NCBI GenBank assembly: GCA_964513145.1
Contig: CAZELK010000002.1
Span: forward strand, 18,413-82,412
Reading direction: 5' to 3'
Source: Candidatus Woesearchaeota archaeon
GTDB lineage: Archaea; Nanobdellota; Nanobdellia; SCGC-AAA011-G17; JACPIM01
Length of the DNA: 64,000 nt
Under the pieces are notes generated by a model. That model was given only the letters and a program-made list of their open reading frames with translations. It had not been told where the DNA came from and searched no databases. Both the position numbers and the translations under genes were made by a program. Shown here one piece after another: positions 49,414-59,829 of this stretch. Every line of letters begins with the position of its first letter. The stretch's first letter is position 1.

Positions 49414-50025
49414 ATGGTTACAATGAACAAAAAAGAACTGGCAATAAATCTGTCTAAATTAAATATATTAGAAGAATTTAATGTTAACCTGGAACAATAT
49501 CAGTCTGAAGGCGAGTTAGCTGGCAATATTTTATGGGAAGCCTTCTTAAATAATGACGTAAAAGATAAAATAATAGCTGACCTCGGTTGCGGAAATGGAA
49601 TCTTTGGCATAGGTGCTTTATTATTGGGTGCAAAGAAAGTTTTTTTTATAGACCTAGATAAAAATGCAATACAAATAACTAAAGATAATTATAAAAGATT
49701 AAAATTAAATAATGGAAAATTCATAAATTCACCAATATCAGAATTCAATCAAAAAGTTGATACTGTCATTATGAATCCGCCGTTTGGAGTTCAAAATGAA
49801 CATAGTGACAGGGAATTTCTTGAAAAGGCCTTTAAAATAAGCAAGTCTATTTATTCAATACATAAAATAGAAAGCAAAAAATTCATTAAAAAGATTTCTG
49901 AAAAATTTTATTTTAAAGTAATTAAAATTTATAAGCTTGATTTTTTGATTAAAAAAACATACAACTTTCATAAAAGTGATAGATATTATGTTAAAACTGG
50001 TTGCTGGCATTTAAGAAAAGAATAA
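49414..50025 (+). CDS. putative RNA N6-adenine methyltransferase (METTL5/COG2263-like)
   Basis: [13 protein letters not shown] motif I and the NPPFG motif. Confidence 0.6.
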   Translation: MVTMNKKELAINLSKLNILEEFNVNLEQYQSEGELAGNILWEAFLNNDVKDKIIADLGCGNGIFGIGALLLGAKKVFFIDLDKNAIQITKDNYKRLKLNNGKFINSPISEFNQKVDTVIMNPPFGVQNEHSDREFLEKAFKISKSIYSIHKIESKKFIKKISEKFYFKVIKIYKLDFLIKKTYNFHKSDRYYVKTGCWHLRKE

Positions 50026-50049
50026 ATACAGTGAAAATTTTAAAATGAT

Positions 50050-50409
50050 ATGAAAAATAATAAACTTTTGATTTTGGTTTTAATTATATCGTTTCTTGTC
50101 GGTTTTTTAATAAGAGGTCAAATTACAAGCAATATAATTTTAGACAAAGAACTAGATAAGAAAATAATAATTCTAGATACATGTATTTACCAGACTAGAA
50201 CCGGTGTAAATATAATTCCAAATAAGGAAATTTGTTGTAAATCAATAAAAGAATTTTTCAAATGTGATTCAATTGATGAAACAGAAATAGAATATGGTAA
50301 CTATTATACTAAAATTAACAGGCAATGTTATAATGACAAAGATTCGGAATTAAAAGTTTATTTCAGAGAAGGTTTGGAGAACTTCTGTAAAAATGAAGGC
50401 TATCTATAA
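50050..50409 (+). CDS. hypothetical secreted Cys-containing protein
   Basis: N-terminal TM/signal segment. Confidence 0.3.
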   Translation: MKNNKLLILVLIISFLVGFLIRGQITSNIILDKELDKKIIILDTCIYQTRTGVNIIPNKEICCKSIKEFFKCDSIDETEIEYGNYYTKINRQCYNDKDSELKVYFREGLENFCKNEGYL

Positions 50410-51421
50410 AATAATTATTATATTATTCTTTTTAATAATAATCAATTCATGTGCAAGAAATAATTATGATGCCGTAAAAATAAAAGAAGTTAGATTTTCT
50501 GATCTATCACTAAGAGATAAAATTGGGCAGATGTTAATAATAGAGGGAAAAGAAGAAAATTTGGATGATGTTGCAAAATTAAATATTGGTGGTATTTTTT
50601 TCTTTGCTTTGAAAAACGAAAAAACGTATAAAAATTTAATAAATAAATTTCAAGAAAATTCTCATTACAGTCTCTTTATATCTACAGATTTAGAGGGGTG
50701 TGTTAATATGTTGGAAAACGTAAAAAAATTTAGATACTTTAATGAGATAGAAACAAGCAGAGAAGCTTATGAACTAGGTTTAGAAATGGGAAAATTATTG
50801 AAGAGACTTGGATTTAATTTAAATTTTGCCCCAGTTTTGGATTTAAAGGATACAATTTGGAATTGCAGATCTTTTACTGGGTCAACAGAAGAGATTAAAG
50901 ACAAGGGGTTTGCATTTATTAAAGGCCTGCAATCAACAGGAATTCTCGGAACTATAAAACATTTCCCTGGCAGAACCTTGGACATTGACGATACGCACAA
51001 AATAGAAACCAAGGCAATTATTTCAAAAGAAGATTTATTTCCATTCTATCATCTTGAAAATATAACTAAAGTAATAATGATAAATCACCTAATAGTAGAC
51101 GGAGAAATAAACAGCAGCAATCTTCCGTCATCAATTTCACCCAAAGTTATTAACAATATTAAGGATAGAGGATATCAAAATTTAATAATAACTGATGATT
51201 TAAAAATGAGAGGTGTGAGTGAAAGATTTTCAGATAAATATGAAGTATATGTAGCTGCAATTAATGCTGGAAATGATTTGTTATTAAATGTCTATGAAAA
51301 AGACCCTGAAAAAGCAATAAATTATATTGAAACTGCAGTAAAGGAAAAGAGAATAAATCAAATTTTAATAGACCAGGCAGTTAGAAAAATATTCAAAGCT
51401 AAAGATATAACTATTCTCTAA
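50393..51421 (+). CDS. glycoside hydrolase family 3 (NagZ-like beta-N-acetylhexosaminidase), lipoprotein-like N-terminus
   Basis: KIGQMLII, DLEGCVNML, NFAPVLDL (GH3 N-domain motifs). Confidence 0.65.
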   Translation: MKAIYKIIIILFFLIIINSCARNNYDAVKIKEVRFSDLSLRDKIGQMLIIEGKEENLDDVAKLNIGGIFFFALKNEKTYKNLINKFQENSHYSLFISTDLEGCVNMLENVKKFRYFNEIETSREAYELGLEMGKLLKRLGFNLNFAPVLDLKDTIWNCRSFTGSTEEIKDKGFAFIKGLQSTGILGTIKHFPGRTLDIDDTHKIETKAIISKEDLFPFYHLENITKVIMINHLIVDGEINSSNLPSSISPKVINNIKDRGYQNLIITDDLKMRGVSERFSDKYEVYVAAINAGNDLLLNVYEKDPEKAINYIETAVKEKRINQILIDQAVRKIFKAKDITIL

Positions 51422-51484
51422 TGGGATAATTTGTGCTAAAAGCCTAACGAAAGTTTTAAAAATGCCGGTTTAAATAACAAATTC

Positions 51485-51757
51485 ATGGAATTAAAAATTA
51501 TAGAATATAGCAAAACAAAGCTTAAATTTAATATTTTGGGCGAGGATCATACATTTGCAAATATATTAAGAAAAGAGCTTTGGAATGACAAAAATACTGA
51601 GAAAGCAGGTTATAGTTTGGAGCATGCACTTGTTACTTCTCCATTATTTTTTTTGGAAACAACAGGAAAAGATCCCAAAGAGATAATGGAAAATGCAGTT
51701 AAGAGGTTGGTAAAACTTAATGAAAGTTTAACAACCAATATAAAAAAATTATTTTAA
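51485..51757 (+). CDS. rpoL: DNA-directed RNA polymerase subunit L (Rpb11-like)
   Basis: LGEDHTFANILRKEL consensus region. Confidence 0.8.
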   Translation: MELKIIEYSKTKLKFNILGEDHTFANILRKELWNDKNTEKAGYSLEHALVTSPLFFLETTGKDPKEIMENAVKRLVKLNESLTTNIKKLF

Positions 51758-52299
51758 TGAAAAAATTTTTAAAAAAAGTTTGGTATTTTATATGGTATGA
51801 GGACTCATTGTTATCATGGATAATTAATGTTCTTCTTGCTTTTATAATTGTAAAATTTCTTATTTATCCCGGGTTGGGCTTTGTACTTGGAACAACCCAC
51901 CCGTTAGTAGCTGTTGTGAGTTGTTCAATGGAACATAACACTGATTTTGAGACTTGGTGGAATTTAAATAAAAACTGGTATGAAAAGCAAGGAGTATCAA
52001 AAGATCAGTTTGCTAGTTTTCCTTTTAAAAATGGAATAAATCAGGGTGATATCATGGTTCTGGCTAATGGCGGGGAGTTGGAACTAGGTGATGTAATTGT
52101 ATTTAACAGCCAAAGTACAAACCCAATTATTCATAGAATAGTTAATATAAAAAATTTACAGACAAAAGGAGATAATAATCAAATACCTGACAGCAATACT
52201 GGTGATGTTATAGGAAAAGCAGTATTTAAAATACCTTATTTTGGCTGGGTAAAAATATTTTTTAATGGCATAATTGGACAAAAGATTATTAAATGTTAA
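51757..52299 (+). CDS. signal peptidase I (archaeal Sec11-type, S26B)
   Basis: SCSMEH (catalytic Ser), GDIMVL, and IHRIV motifs. Confidence 0.6.
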   Translation: MKKFLKKVWYFIWYEDSLLSWIINVLLAFIIVKFLIYPGLGFVLGTTHPLVAVVSCSMEHNTDFETWWNLNKNWYEKQGVSKDQFASFPFKNGINQGDIMVLANGGELELGDVIVFNSQSTNPIIHRIVNIKNLQTKGDNNQIPDSNTGDVIGKAVFKIPYFGWVKIFFNGIIGQKIIKC

Positions 52300-52319
52300 C
52301 AAAGTATAAAAAATAGAAA

Positions 52320-52640
52320 ATGTTATTTTGCGAAAAATGTGGCAATTTAATCGTGCCAAGAAAAGATGGAAAGAAAGTTGAGATTAGTTGTACATGTGGT
52401 TTCATTCCAAAAAAAAGACCTGACTTAATTTTAAAAGAGGAAGTAAAGCTTGATAAAAAAGATGAAATAGAAGTTGTAGATAAAAAAATTGAAATTCTGC
52501 CCAAAACAAATGAAGAATGTCCGAAATGCAGGTATAAAGAAGCTTACTATTGGTTAGTTCAGACAAGAGCATCAGATGAAGCCTCGACCAGATTTTTTAA
52601 ATGTGTAAAATGCTCATATACTTGGAGAGCTTACTCCTAA
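52320..52640 (+). CDS. tfs: transcription factor S (TFS) / RNAP subunit M
   Basis: N-terminal Zn ribbon, plus C-terminal TFIIS-type ribbon QTRASDEASTRFFKCVKC with an acidic loop. Confidence 0.85.
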   Translation: MLFCEKCGNLIVPRKDGKKVEISCTCGFIPKKRPDLILKEEVKLDKKDEIEVVDKKIEILPKTNEECPKCRYKEAYYWLVQTRASDEASTRFFKCVKCSYTWRAYS

Positions 52641-52711
52641 TCCATATTTTCTAAAAAATAATTTTACAAGAATATAAATCTATATAAACTAGGTTTTTCG
52701 TAAGAAGGGCA

Positions 52712-53467
52712 ATGAAATTAATGCTAAACGATCCAAAATTAATGAGCGATAGTGTTTCTGTAATTTCTGAGTTAGTCAGTGATGCAAAATTTAAAATTGA
52801 TTCTGAAAAACTTGAATTAATTGCAATGGATCCTGCTAATGTTGCTATGGTTGCTTTTCAAATATTAAGCTCAGCATTTACGGAATATAAAGTAGAAAAA
52901 GAAATAGAGATAGCTTTAAATCTTGATTCTCTTAAGCAGATTTTAAGAAGGTCAAAGCCGAGTGACAATTTAACTATAGAACTTGATGAAGAAAAAAACA
53001 AATTAAATATAAAAATAAAAGGTGATAGCACAAGGACTTTTAGTCTGGGTTTAATTGACTTGGGTGAAAAACAGCATAAAGTTCCAAAATTAACATTTCC
53101 CTTAAGCATCAACACAAGCACCTATATTTTCGACGAAGCTATTGAGGATATGGGGATTTTTGCAGATTCAGTAATATTTAATGTTAATAAAAATAAATTC
53201 ATAATTGAAAGTGAATCACGTATTAATAATGCAAAAGTGGAAATTCCAAATGATGGTGAAACAAAAATTGACTGGTTGTCTGAAAACGAAGAAAATATCA
53301 AAGCAAAATACTCTATTGAATATCTTAAAAAAATCAGCAAGGGTGGAAAATTAGCAGACAATGTAATGCTGCAATTTGGCAATGATTACCCATTAAAAAT
53401 AGAATTTAAAGCAAAAGATAAATTAGATTTAGTTTTTGTTTTAGCTCCAAGAGTCAGCGAAGAATAA
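52712..53467 (+). CDS. pcna: PCNA sliding clamp
   Basis: 251 aa with the two-domain clamp pattern. Confidence 0.85.
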   Translation: MKLMLNDPKLMSDSVSVISELVSDAKFKIDSEKLELIAMDPANVAMVAFQILSSAFTEYKVEKEIEIALNLDSLKQILRRSKPSDNLTIELDEEKNKLNIKIKGDSTRTFSLGLIDLGEKQHKVPKLTFPLSINTSTYIFDEAIEDMGIFADSVIFNVNKNKFIIESESRINNAKVEIPNDGETKIDWLSENEENIKAKYSIEYLKKISKGGKLADNVMLQFGNDYPLKIEFKAKDKLDLVFVLAPRVSEE

Positions 53468-53474
53468 TTTTAAA

Positions 53475-54833
53475 TTATACTATTTTCTCTAAATCTGTTG
53501 CTTTTTTAGTTCTATTAATTATTTTTTCAGAATGTTCTTTAAATGAAGTCTCCAATTTATCTAGTTGTCTTCCTGCTAAATCAACTTCACTTGGAGGCAC
53601 TCTTAAGCGAATTGCGAAATGATCATCAGCCATCTCCTCTAAATTAGAAAAATGTTTTTGGTTTTCTGCTTTTAATGTTGTAACTTTTCTACCAGCCTCA
53701 TAAAGAGGCACATCAGAAGGCACGACCTTTGCTGGGTCGGGAAGCAAACAGCATAAGACAGGTATTCCCTTTAATTCGTCTGTTAATGCTGTTTCCAGTT
53801 CTGTTAATCTAAGGGGATTTTTAAAAGTGTTTACAAAATCTTTTTTAAACTCTTTGTCTATGCTTTGTACTCTTTGACCCCTGACCTGTTCTTTTTTAAT
53901 TCCAGAATATTTGAAAGCTAAAATAGAAACATACGGATCTCTTGACATCAAACCTTGTAAAAATTCTTTTGCTTGCTGGGCAAGATGATTTTTTTGGGAG
54001 TTTTTATGATTCCCATTATTAATCTTATTTAAAAGAGTGTCATCTCCCAAATCCCAGATTTCATCTGCAGAAATAATTTCAGCCCTTATCCCTAATTCAA
54101 TAGCTTTCTGCAGGTGTCTTTCATAAGCCATGCTTTCTGGAGACAAATAAACCTCAGTATACATTTTAAAATAAAAATATTGCATTGCTGCCAAAATCCC
54201 AGTTTGATCTAAAGTTTGTTTTGGTGACTTTCTTATATCTACACCGTAATCATCAATAAATGTAAGAAAAGGCAATAAAGATTCCCAGTCCGGAGGGTTC
54301 CAATAATAATCACACATATCCGCATCCATTAAAGTATAGGCTAATTTATCAGCGCCAACACTTTTATCAGTGCAGATTTTTGCCTCTCTTCTTTTGCCTT
54401 GAAACATTTCTTTCAAAAAATCTACACAAGCACCTGAGTATTCTAAAACATCCCTCAATGTTCTTCCCTTTGAATCTTTTTTATCAGAATCTAAAAGAAC
54501 TAAGGCTCTTTTATTGTGATTTATTCCTGTAACTGCCTCTAAAACATATTCAGCAGCATGTGAAAATGGCGGATGTGCCATATCATGAATTTTTGTAAAC
54601 TGAACTATATTATTTCTTGAACCTGGGAGATTGCCTTTTTCTTCTAAATGCTTGCAAATTCTGTCAGCTATATATTTTGCAAAACCAAAATGATTGAAGC
54701 GGGAATGTTTGGCTTGTGGAAAAACATAAGCTACCTGTCCTAATTGCTTATGGTCTGATTGAACCTGAAGTGTAGGATGATTCAGCACAGGGTCATCAAC
54801 TTCAAATCCCCATTGATATTTTGGTTTAGGCAT
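53475..54833 (-). CDS. HD-domain dNTP triphosphohydrolase-like protein (dGTPase/SAMHD1 family)
   Basis: IHDMAHPPFSHAAE and an upstream HxxxxH metal motif. Confidence 0.65.
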   Translation of the reverse strand: MPKPKYQWGFEVDDPVLNHPTLQVQSDHKQLGQVAYVFPQAKHSRFNHFGFAKYIADRICKHLEEKGNLPGSRNNIVQFTKIHDMAHPPFSHAAEYVLEAVTGINHNKRALVLLDSDKKDSKGRTLRDVLEYSGACVDFLKEMFQGKRREAKICTDKSVGADKLAYTLMDADMCDYYWNPPDWESLLPFLTFIDDYGVDIRKSPKQTLDQTGILAAMQYFYFKMYTEVYLSPESMAYERHLQKAIELGIRAEIISADEIWDLGDDTLLNKINNGNHKNSQKNHLAQQAKEFLQGLMSRDPYVSILAFKYSGIKKEQVRGQRVQSIDKEFKKDFVNTFKNPLRLTELETALTDELKGIPVLCCLLPDPAKVVPSDVPLYEAGRKVTTLKAENQKHFSNLEEMADDHFAIRLRVPPSEVDLAGRQLDKLETSFKEHSEKIINRTKKATDLEKIV

Positions 54834-54982
54834 ATCTCCAAAAAAATTATTTTCTTATTTAAATATTATTATAAAACAAAATAGAAATAAATATGTAACC
54901 AATTAAAGACAAAAGTTTCCTAAAAATAATAATTTAATTTTCTCAAAAAGCTACCAGTTTTGCTTAAGCTTTTTTTGAAAGC

Positions 54983-56884
54983 TTATCTTAATCGAATAGC
55001 TTCTAAATTCTTGGGAGATAATGTTTCTAGTTTAGTTAATTTATGCAAAGTAGAAGCTAATTCAAGACATTTTGAACTTTCACCATGACACATAACAAGC
55101 TTTTTTGGTCTTGGTTCCAAATTATTTACAAAATTAATTAATTGTGTTCTGTTGCTGTGCCCTGAAAATCCATGGATAACATGAACATCCATTTTAACTT
55201 CTAAAACTTCTTGTTTATTGCCATTCATAAAAGTAATCTGTCTTTCTCCATCTTCAAGCCTTCTGCCTATAGACCCTGGTCCTTGATAACAAGTCATTAC
55301 TATTGAATTTTTTGCATTGTCTGCTAGCATTTTGAAATATTCTAAAGACGCGCCGCCAGTCAACATTCCTGAAGTTGCTAAAATAACACATGGTCCTTTT
55401 TCTTCTACAACTTCCTGCATTTCTTTTCTTGACCCTACTCTTATAAACATATCAGATAAAAATGGATTTTGATCCTTGTGATAAATTAATTTTCTCACTT
55501 TGGAATTAAAAAAATCTGGATATGCTGTATGTATAGCAGTAATGTCCCAAACCAAACCCTGAACATACACTGGTATTTTTGGTAAAGTTCCTTCTCTAAC
55601 TAGTTTGTCTAAAATAACCATAATTTCTTGTGATCTTCCAGAACCTAAAACAGGAACTAAAACCTTTCCATTTCTTTCTAAAGTTTTTTTGATTATGTCA
55701 GTAAAAAATAATTCACATTCTCTTCTTGTTGGTGGCGTATCATTTTTCCCACCATAAGTAGCTTCCATTATGACAGTTTCTAGTCTTGGAAACCTTGTGT
55801 TTGCTGCTGAAAGCAAGTTGGAATTTTCATACAAAAAGTCGCCTGTATAGGCCAGGTTGTGTAAACCGTTGCCAATATGCAAATGACAAATAGCGCTTCC
55901 TAATTTGTGTCCAGCATCATAAAAAGTTAATCTGACATCTGGAGTAATATCGCTAACTTCTCCATAGTCTAAACATATTGTATGCATCACCATTTCTTTT
56001 ATATCTGAGGAAGAATAAATTGCCTTGTTTGCTTCTTTTTGTGCAATACTTATTAAATCCAAACATAGTAATGCAGCTATGTCTCTTGTTGGCATAGTCA
56101 TAAAAGATGGTCCTTTAAATCCCATTTTATATAAGTAAGGTAAAAAAGCAACATGGTCGACATGCGAATGGGAAATTATTACAGCATCAAGTTCCTCTAT
56201 TTTAAATTCAGGTGCTTCAAGTAATGGAAACATTTCTTCATTTGATTGTGCAGCAACATTTATTCCACAATCAAGTAATATTTTTGATTCCGGGGTTTGT
56301 AAAAATAAGCAGCTTCTTCCAACTTGTCTTCCTGCACCTAAAAAAGTTACTCTGACCCATTCGTCTACTCTTCCTTTTGTCCATCCGCCGTAAATTCTTT
56401 TTCCAACTTTGTTCAAGAATTTTTTCCTGTATTCAGAATTTTCAAATAAAGCATAATTAATAGTTTCAATTAATTTTGATCTTATTGGGGGTGTTCTTCT
56501 GACAATAGGTATCCAAAAAGTTTGTTTTCTTATCTCTCTTAGTACTTCCCCTTGTTTTCCTATAGCAATTCCAGGTTTTTCAACTTCTAAAGTGACTAAA
56601 GATCTTTGATTATCAAATAATAAATTTACTTCGCCAGCGTCTTTTGGTATTATTTCTTTTATTGTTTTTTCAGCTTTTTCAATATCCATTGTAATAGCAG
56701 GGTCTGGTCTTAATTCAACTCTTTTTTTTATAGTGTCAACTATAGTTTTTATAGTACCATTATTGTTCAAGAAAAAATCCTTGTCTTTTGTGTACAAAAC
56801 TATGTTTGCTCCTTCAAAACAAGAATCACTAATCTTAGAGCTATCTGGTATCAGCTTCATTATTTCTTCTAATATGTCTGGCAT
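54983..56884 (-). CDS. aCPSF1 (beta-CASP/metallo-beta-lactamase RNase with N-terminal KH domains)
   Basis: Two KH domains, HSHVDHV MBL motif, beta-CASP; 633 aa. Confidence 0.9.
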   Translation of the reverse strand: MPDILEEIMKLIPDSSKISDSCFEGANIVLYTKDKDFFLNNNGTIKTIVDTIKKRVELRPDPAITMDIEKAEKTIKEIIPKDAGEVNLLFDNQRSLVTLEVEKPGIAIGKQGEVLREIRKQTFWIPIVRRTPPIRSKLIETINYALFENSEYRKKFLNKVGKRIYGGWTKGRVDEWVRVTFLGAGRQVGRSCLFLQTPESKILLDCGINVAAQSNEEMFPLLEAPEFKIEELDAVIISHSHVDHVAFLPYLYKMGFKGPSFMTMPTRDIAALLCLDLISIAQKEANKAIYSSSDIKEMVMHTICLDYGEVSDITPDVRLTFYDAGHKLGSAICHLHIGNGLHNLAYTGDFLYENSNLLSAANTRFPRLETVIMEATYGGKNDTPPTRRECELFFTDIIKKTLERNGKVLVPVLGSGRSQEIMVILDKLVREGTLPKIPVYVQGLVWDITAIHTAYPDFFNSKVRKLIYHKDQNPFLSDMFIRVGSRKEMQEVVEEKGPCVILATSGMLTGGASLEYFKMLADNAKNSIVMTCYQGPGSIGRRLEDGERQITFMNGNKQEVLEVKMDVHVIHGFSGHSNRTQLINFVNNLEPRPKKLVMCHGESSKCLELASTLHKLTKLETLSPKNLEAIRLR

Positions 56885-56935
56885 TTTCTTTGTTTAACTT
56901 GAGAAAAATTTCATTTATTTAAAAATAAAAAATGA

Positions 56936-57583
56936 TTAAACTATGATGTTTGTTTCTAATCTCTTTGTTAAGACTTTCTTTACACCATCTTTGGTAATTG
57001 TAAAGACGTCTATAGCTTCTCCTGTTGCTGCATCCCTTTGAATTGCTGCATTAACTGCTTTAACACCCAATTTTATTCCATCTTGGACAGTTATGCCCTC
57101 TTTGTATAAAGTGTCTAGTACACCCCAGGCCATAACCATTCCAGATCCGTCTGTAGCATAATTTTTATGTTCTAAAACAGAACCATCTGGACCTAATTCA
57201 TATAAATAAAAACCAGTGTCATCTTTTCCACCCAATAAAAATCCTGTAATACCAGGTATTGGACTGAATTTCCTTATATTTTGATAAACAATAGCACCCA
57301 ATAAATTAGCAGTAGTTTTAACTCCAACCTCTCTTCCTGATCTAATTTTTAATAATGTTAATTCAGCTTTTATTAATTTAGTAATTAATTGAACATCAGA
57401 AACTGTTCCTGCTGTAGTAATAGCCATATTATTTGATATCTGTGCAATTTTATCAACATTTTTATCTGCAATTATTCTTCCGGCAAAAGTAGCCCTTTTA
57501 TCAGCAGTCAACACTATTCCATCTTTACAAACTATTCCTACTGTAGTAGTTCCTTTTTTTACATAATCATTTACATCTTCCAT
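56936..57583 (-). CDS. psmB: proteasome subunit beta
   Basis: Propeptide then TTTVGIVCKDGIVLTADKR. Confidence 0.9.
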   Translation of the reverse strand: MEDVNDYVKKGTTTVGIVCKDGIVLTADKRATFAGRIIADKNVDKIAQISNNMAITTAGTVSDVQLITKLIKAELTLLKIRSGREVGVKTTANLLGAIVYQNIRKFSPIPGITGFLLGGKDDTGFYLYELGPDGSVLEHKNYATDGSGMVMAWGVLDTLYKEGITVQDGIKLGVKAVNAAIQRDAATGEAIDVFTITKDGVKKVLTKRLETNIIV

Positions 57584-57723
57584 ATACTTTTTCTCCTTTT
57601 TAGGTTCGAAGAACTCAATTTAAATATCTATGAACTAAACATATTTATAAAACTTACGATTTCTAAATTTTTGCTAGGTTTAATAGATATTGCCTTATTA
57701 TCTTTATTTTAAACCTTCCTTAA

Positions 57724-57942
57724 TTATTCTATAAATTTAAATCTTGGAACTCTTTTGCTGTCTACAATTACATCTTCAAAAAACATTTTTTTAGGCCTAA
57801 TCCATATTGAATCTTTTCCATATTCCTTGCTGTCATGTTTGTAAATAACAAATTCTTCTAAAGTCTCGCTGTGTCTTCCTAAGCCAATAACATCACAAAT
57901 AATGCCTTTATAATGCAGATATTTTCCTTTTTTTATTTCCAT
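57724..57942 (-). CDS. DUF1653-like small protein
   Basis: YLHYKGIICDVIGLGRHSETLEEFVIYK...IWIRP pattern. Confidence 0.45.
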   Translation of the reverse strand: MEIKKGKYLHYKGIICDVIGLGRHSETLEEFVIYKHDSKEYGKDSIWIRPKKMFFEDVIVDSKRVPRFKFIE

Positions 57943-59108
57943 AATTTAATTTCTTTTACCCTTTCTTTTATATAATTATTTCTGGATATTTTTTTAAAAT
58001 AATCTTCAACTTTAGTAAATTCTCTTTTAATATTTGTATAGCAAGTCCCATTTTTAATAAAAACCTTTTTGTGTTTCTTTTTAAATTCCCTGACATTATT
58101 AACCATATTTTCTGGAGGTCCTTTATGTAAATAATATTCACCTATTTTTTTCTCCCTTAAAAAAAACCAAAAAATAACTTCATCTCCCCAAAACCAATTA
58201 TTGTCCTTGATTATAAAACCATTTTTAGTCAGTTCATTTTTTATAAAGTCAATTGTCTTGACAATCTTGTCTCCTATTAGGTCCTTTTTGCCTGGTAAGG
58301 GGATAATTTTTATAACCAAAGCACCAGAAGGAATTTTATTTTCTTTAAAGAAAAATCTTTCAGAAGGTTCTCGCAAATATAATTGTGATAATTTTACAAA
58401 TTTATTAAAATTATCTAAAGACAATGAAGCAGCAATATTTCTATTTTTGTCTACAGGATCAATTAATATCAAAGGTGAAACTGTTTTTGATGGATTAAGT
58501 TCAAATAACGGATTTTTTAATTTTTTATTTATATCAATAATTACCTTTGGTTTCCATTTTGCAGCATTTTTTAAAACATTTTTAAAAGATTTGTAGTAAA
58601 TAGTTAAAACTTCTAAAGCGTAACCAGAAAAACCTGAAATATATGACTCAGCCCCATATAATGAATTTGCCTTGCAAAAAGCCTTTAATAATCTAATTTC
58701 ATCCTTTAATTTGGAAAACTTTTTAACAAATTTAATATGCAAAGGGCTTAAATCAGTTACATTTTGGGCTTGTTCAGGTTTTTTAATGTCCAGAATTGGA
58801 ACAATTTCAAAAATTAAATTCCTGTAATTAATATGAAAATAATCCCTAGAACCATGCACTATATCCACATCAAACTTTTTTTTAAGCTGCTTATATAAAA
58901 TATCAGAAATATTTTTATCATAATTTTTAAATTTTGCAAAAATATCAACTTCTTTTGTTGCTTTTAGCCACGTATCTTTTGAAACTGACCCGCCAACTAT
59001 AAAGTTTACTTTTTTAATATAACTTAATTTTTTAAGAAATTCTTTCGTAATATTTTCAACTAATAATTGTTCATCTTTAGACGGCTTTATCTGAGAAATT
59101 ACATTCAT
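57933..59108 (-). CDS. cca: CCA-adding tRNA nucleotidyltransferase (archaeal class I)
   Basis: Block-by-block similarity to A. fulgidus CCA enzyme: VGGSVSKDTWLKATKEVDIF, IRLLKAFCKANSLYGAESYISGFSGYALEVL, DPVDKNRNIAASLSLDNF. Confidence 0.85.
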   Translation of the reverse strand: MNVISQIKPSKDEQLLVENITKEFLKKLSYIKKVNFIVGGSVSKDTWLKATKEVDIFAKFKNYDKNISDILYKQLKKKFDVDIVHGSRDYFHINYRNLIFEIVPILDIKKPEQAQNVTDLSPLHIKFVKKFSKLKDEIRLLKAFCKANSLYGAESYISGFSGYALEVLTIYYKSFKNVLKNAAKWKPKVIIDINKKLKNPLFELNPSKTVSPLILIDPVDKNRNIAASLSLDNFNKFVKLSQLYLREPSERFFFKENKIPSGALVIKIIPLPGKKDLIGDKIVKTIDFIKNELTKNGFIIKDNNWFWGDEVIFWFFLREKKIGEYYLHKGPPENMVNNVREFKKKHKKVFIKNGTCYTNIKREFTKVEDYFKKISRNNYIKERVKEIKLWK

Positions 59109-59235
59109 TAAATAAGGTAAACATAGTTCATTAATATAAAACTTTCGAATACTAGCTTTAAAATCCGTAATTATTTCGAAATTTTTTCAGTTATTAATAT
59201 TAAGAAGTTCACTCTAATAGTTAATGTGAATAAAA

Positions 59236-59442
59236 ATGACAATAAAATTGGAGGCTCGTCTTTGTTCAGATATGCTAAAAATATTTGAAAAAAATCCAGA
59301 AGAGAAATATCTTGGTTTTGCTTATATAGATAAAAAATTTACAGAACGCGATCTGGAAAATACAGCATTGTTAATCTATTCAAGAGTTTCGCGAGATATA
59401 AAAAAAGTTCCAAGAGTGGAAGTTAAGGTTGTTTATAGGTAA
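59236..59442 (+). CDS. small hypothetical protein
   Basis: 68 aa ORF; one of a chain of three overlapping small ORFs. Confidence 0.25.
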   Translation: MTIKLEARLCSDMLKIFEKNPEEKYLGFAYIDKKFTERDLENTALLIYSRVSRDIKKVPRVEVKVVYR

Positions 59443-59647
59443 GATAATTAATTATATAAGCAAGAAAAGCCTTATGATAAAAATGATAGAGAAAACATTT
59501 CATAAAACAATAGTAAAAAATGTTCCAAAAGAATTTATTGAGTATCTTGTAGAAAGCTCTAAAAAAAACAAACAAATCGATAAAAAATCAGAATGGATTT
59601 TTGAAACTTTGGGCTGGAGAAAATGTCAGAAGAAGCACAAGAATTAG
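59429..59647 (+). CDS. small hypothetical protein
   Basis: 72 aa ORF. Confidence 0.25.
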   Translation: MFIGKIINYISKKSLMIKMIEKTFHKTIVKNVPKEFIEYLVESSKKNKQIDKKSEWIFETLGWRKCQKKHKN

Positions 59648-59799
59648 CTGAGTTTGGATTTGGAATTAAACTAATCAGAAACACAGATGAAAAATTAGAA
59701 TTTAAAATGCAAAGTGTGAATACATGTATAATAAAAGAAGTAGTTATTACGCAAATGAAGGCGTTTTTAAAAGATTTGGAAATAAACTATTTTAATTAA
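59623..59799 (+). CDS. small hypothetical protein (58 aa), not in ORF track
   Basis: MSEEAQELAEFGFGIKLIRNTDEKLEFKMQSVNTCIIKEVVITQMKAFLKDLEINYFN. Confidence 0.25.
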   Translation: MSEEAQELAEFGFGIKLIRNTDEKLEFKMQSVNTCIIKEVVITQMKAFLKDLEINYFN

Positions 59800-59829
59800 T
59801 TTAAAAAGAAGAACTCAGAACAATAAAAA

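Noticed and set aside
52156-53382. Minus-strand ORFs 52156..52359, 52289..52504, 52858..53121, 53122..53382
   Set aside because: Antisense to the signal peptidase, TFS and PCNA genes.
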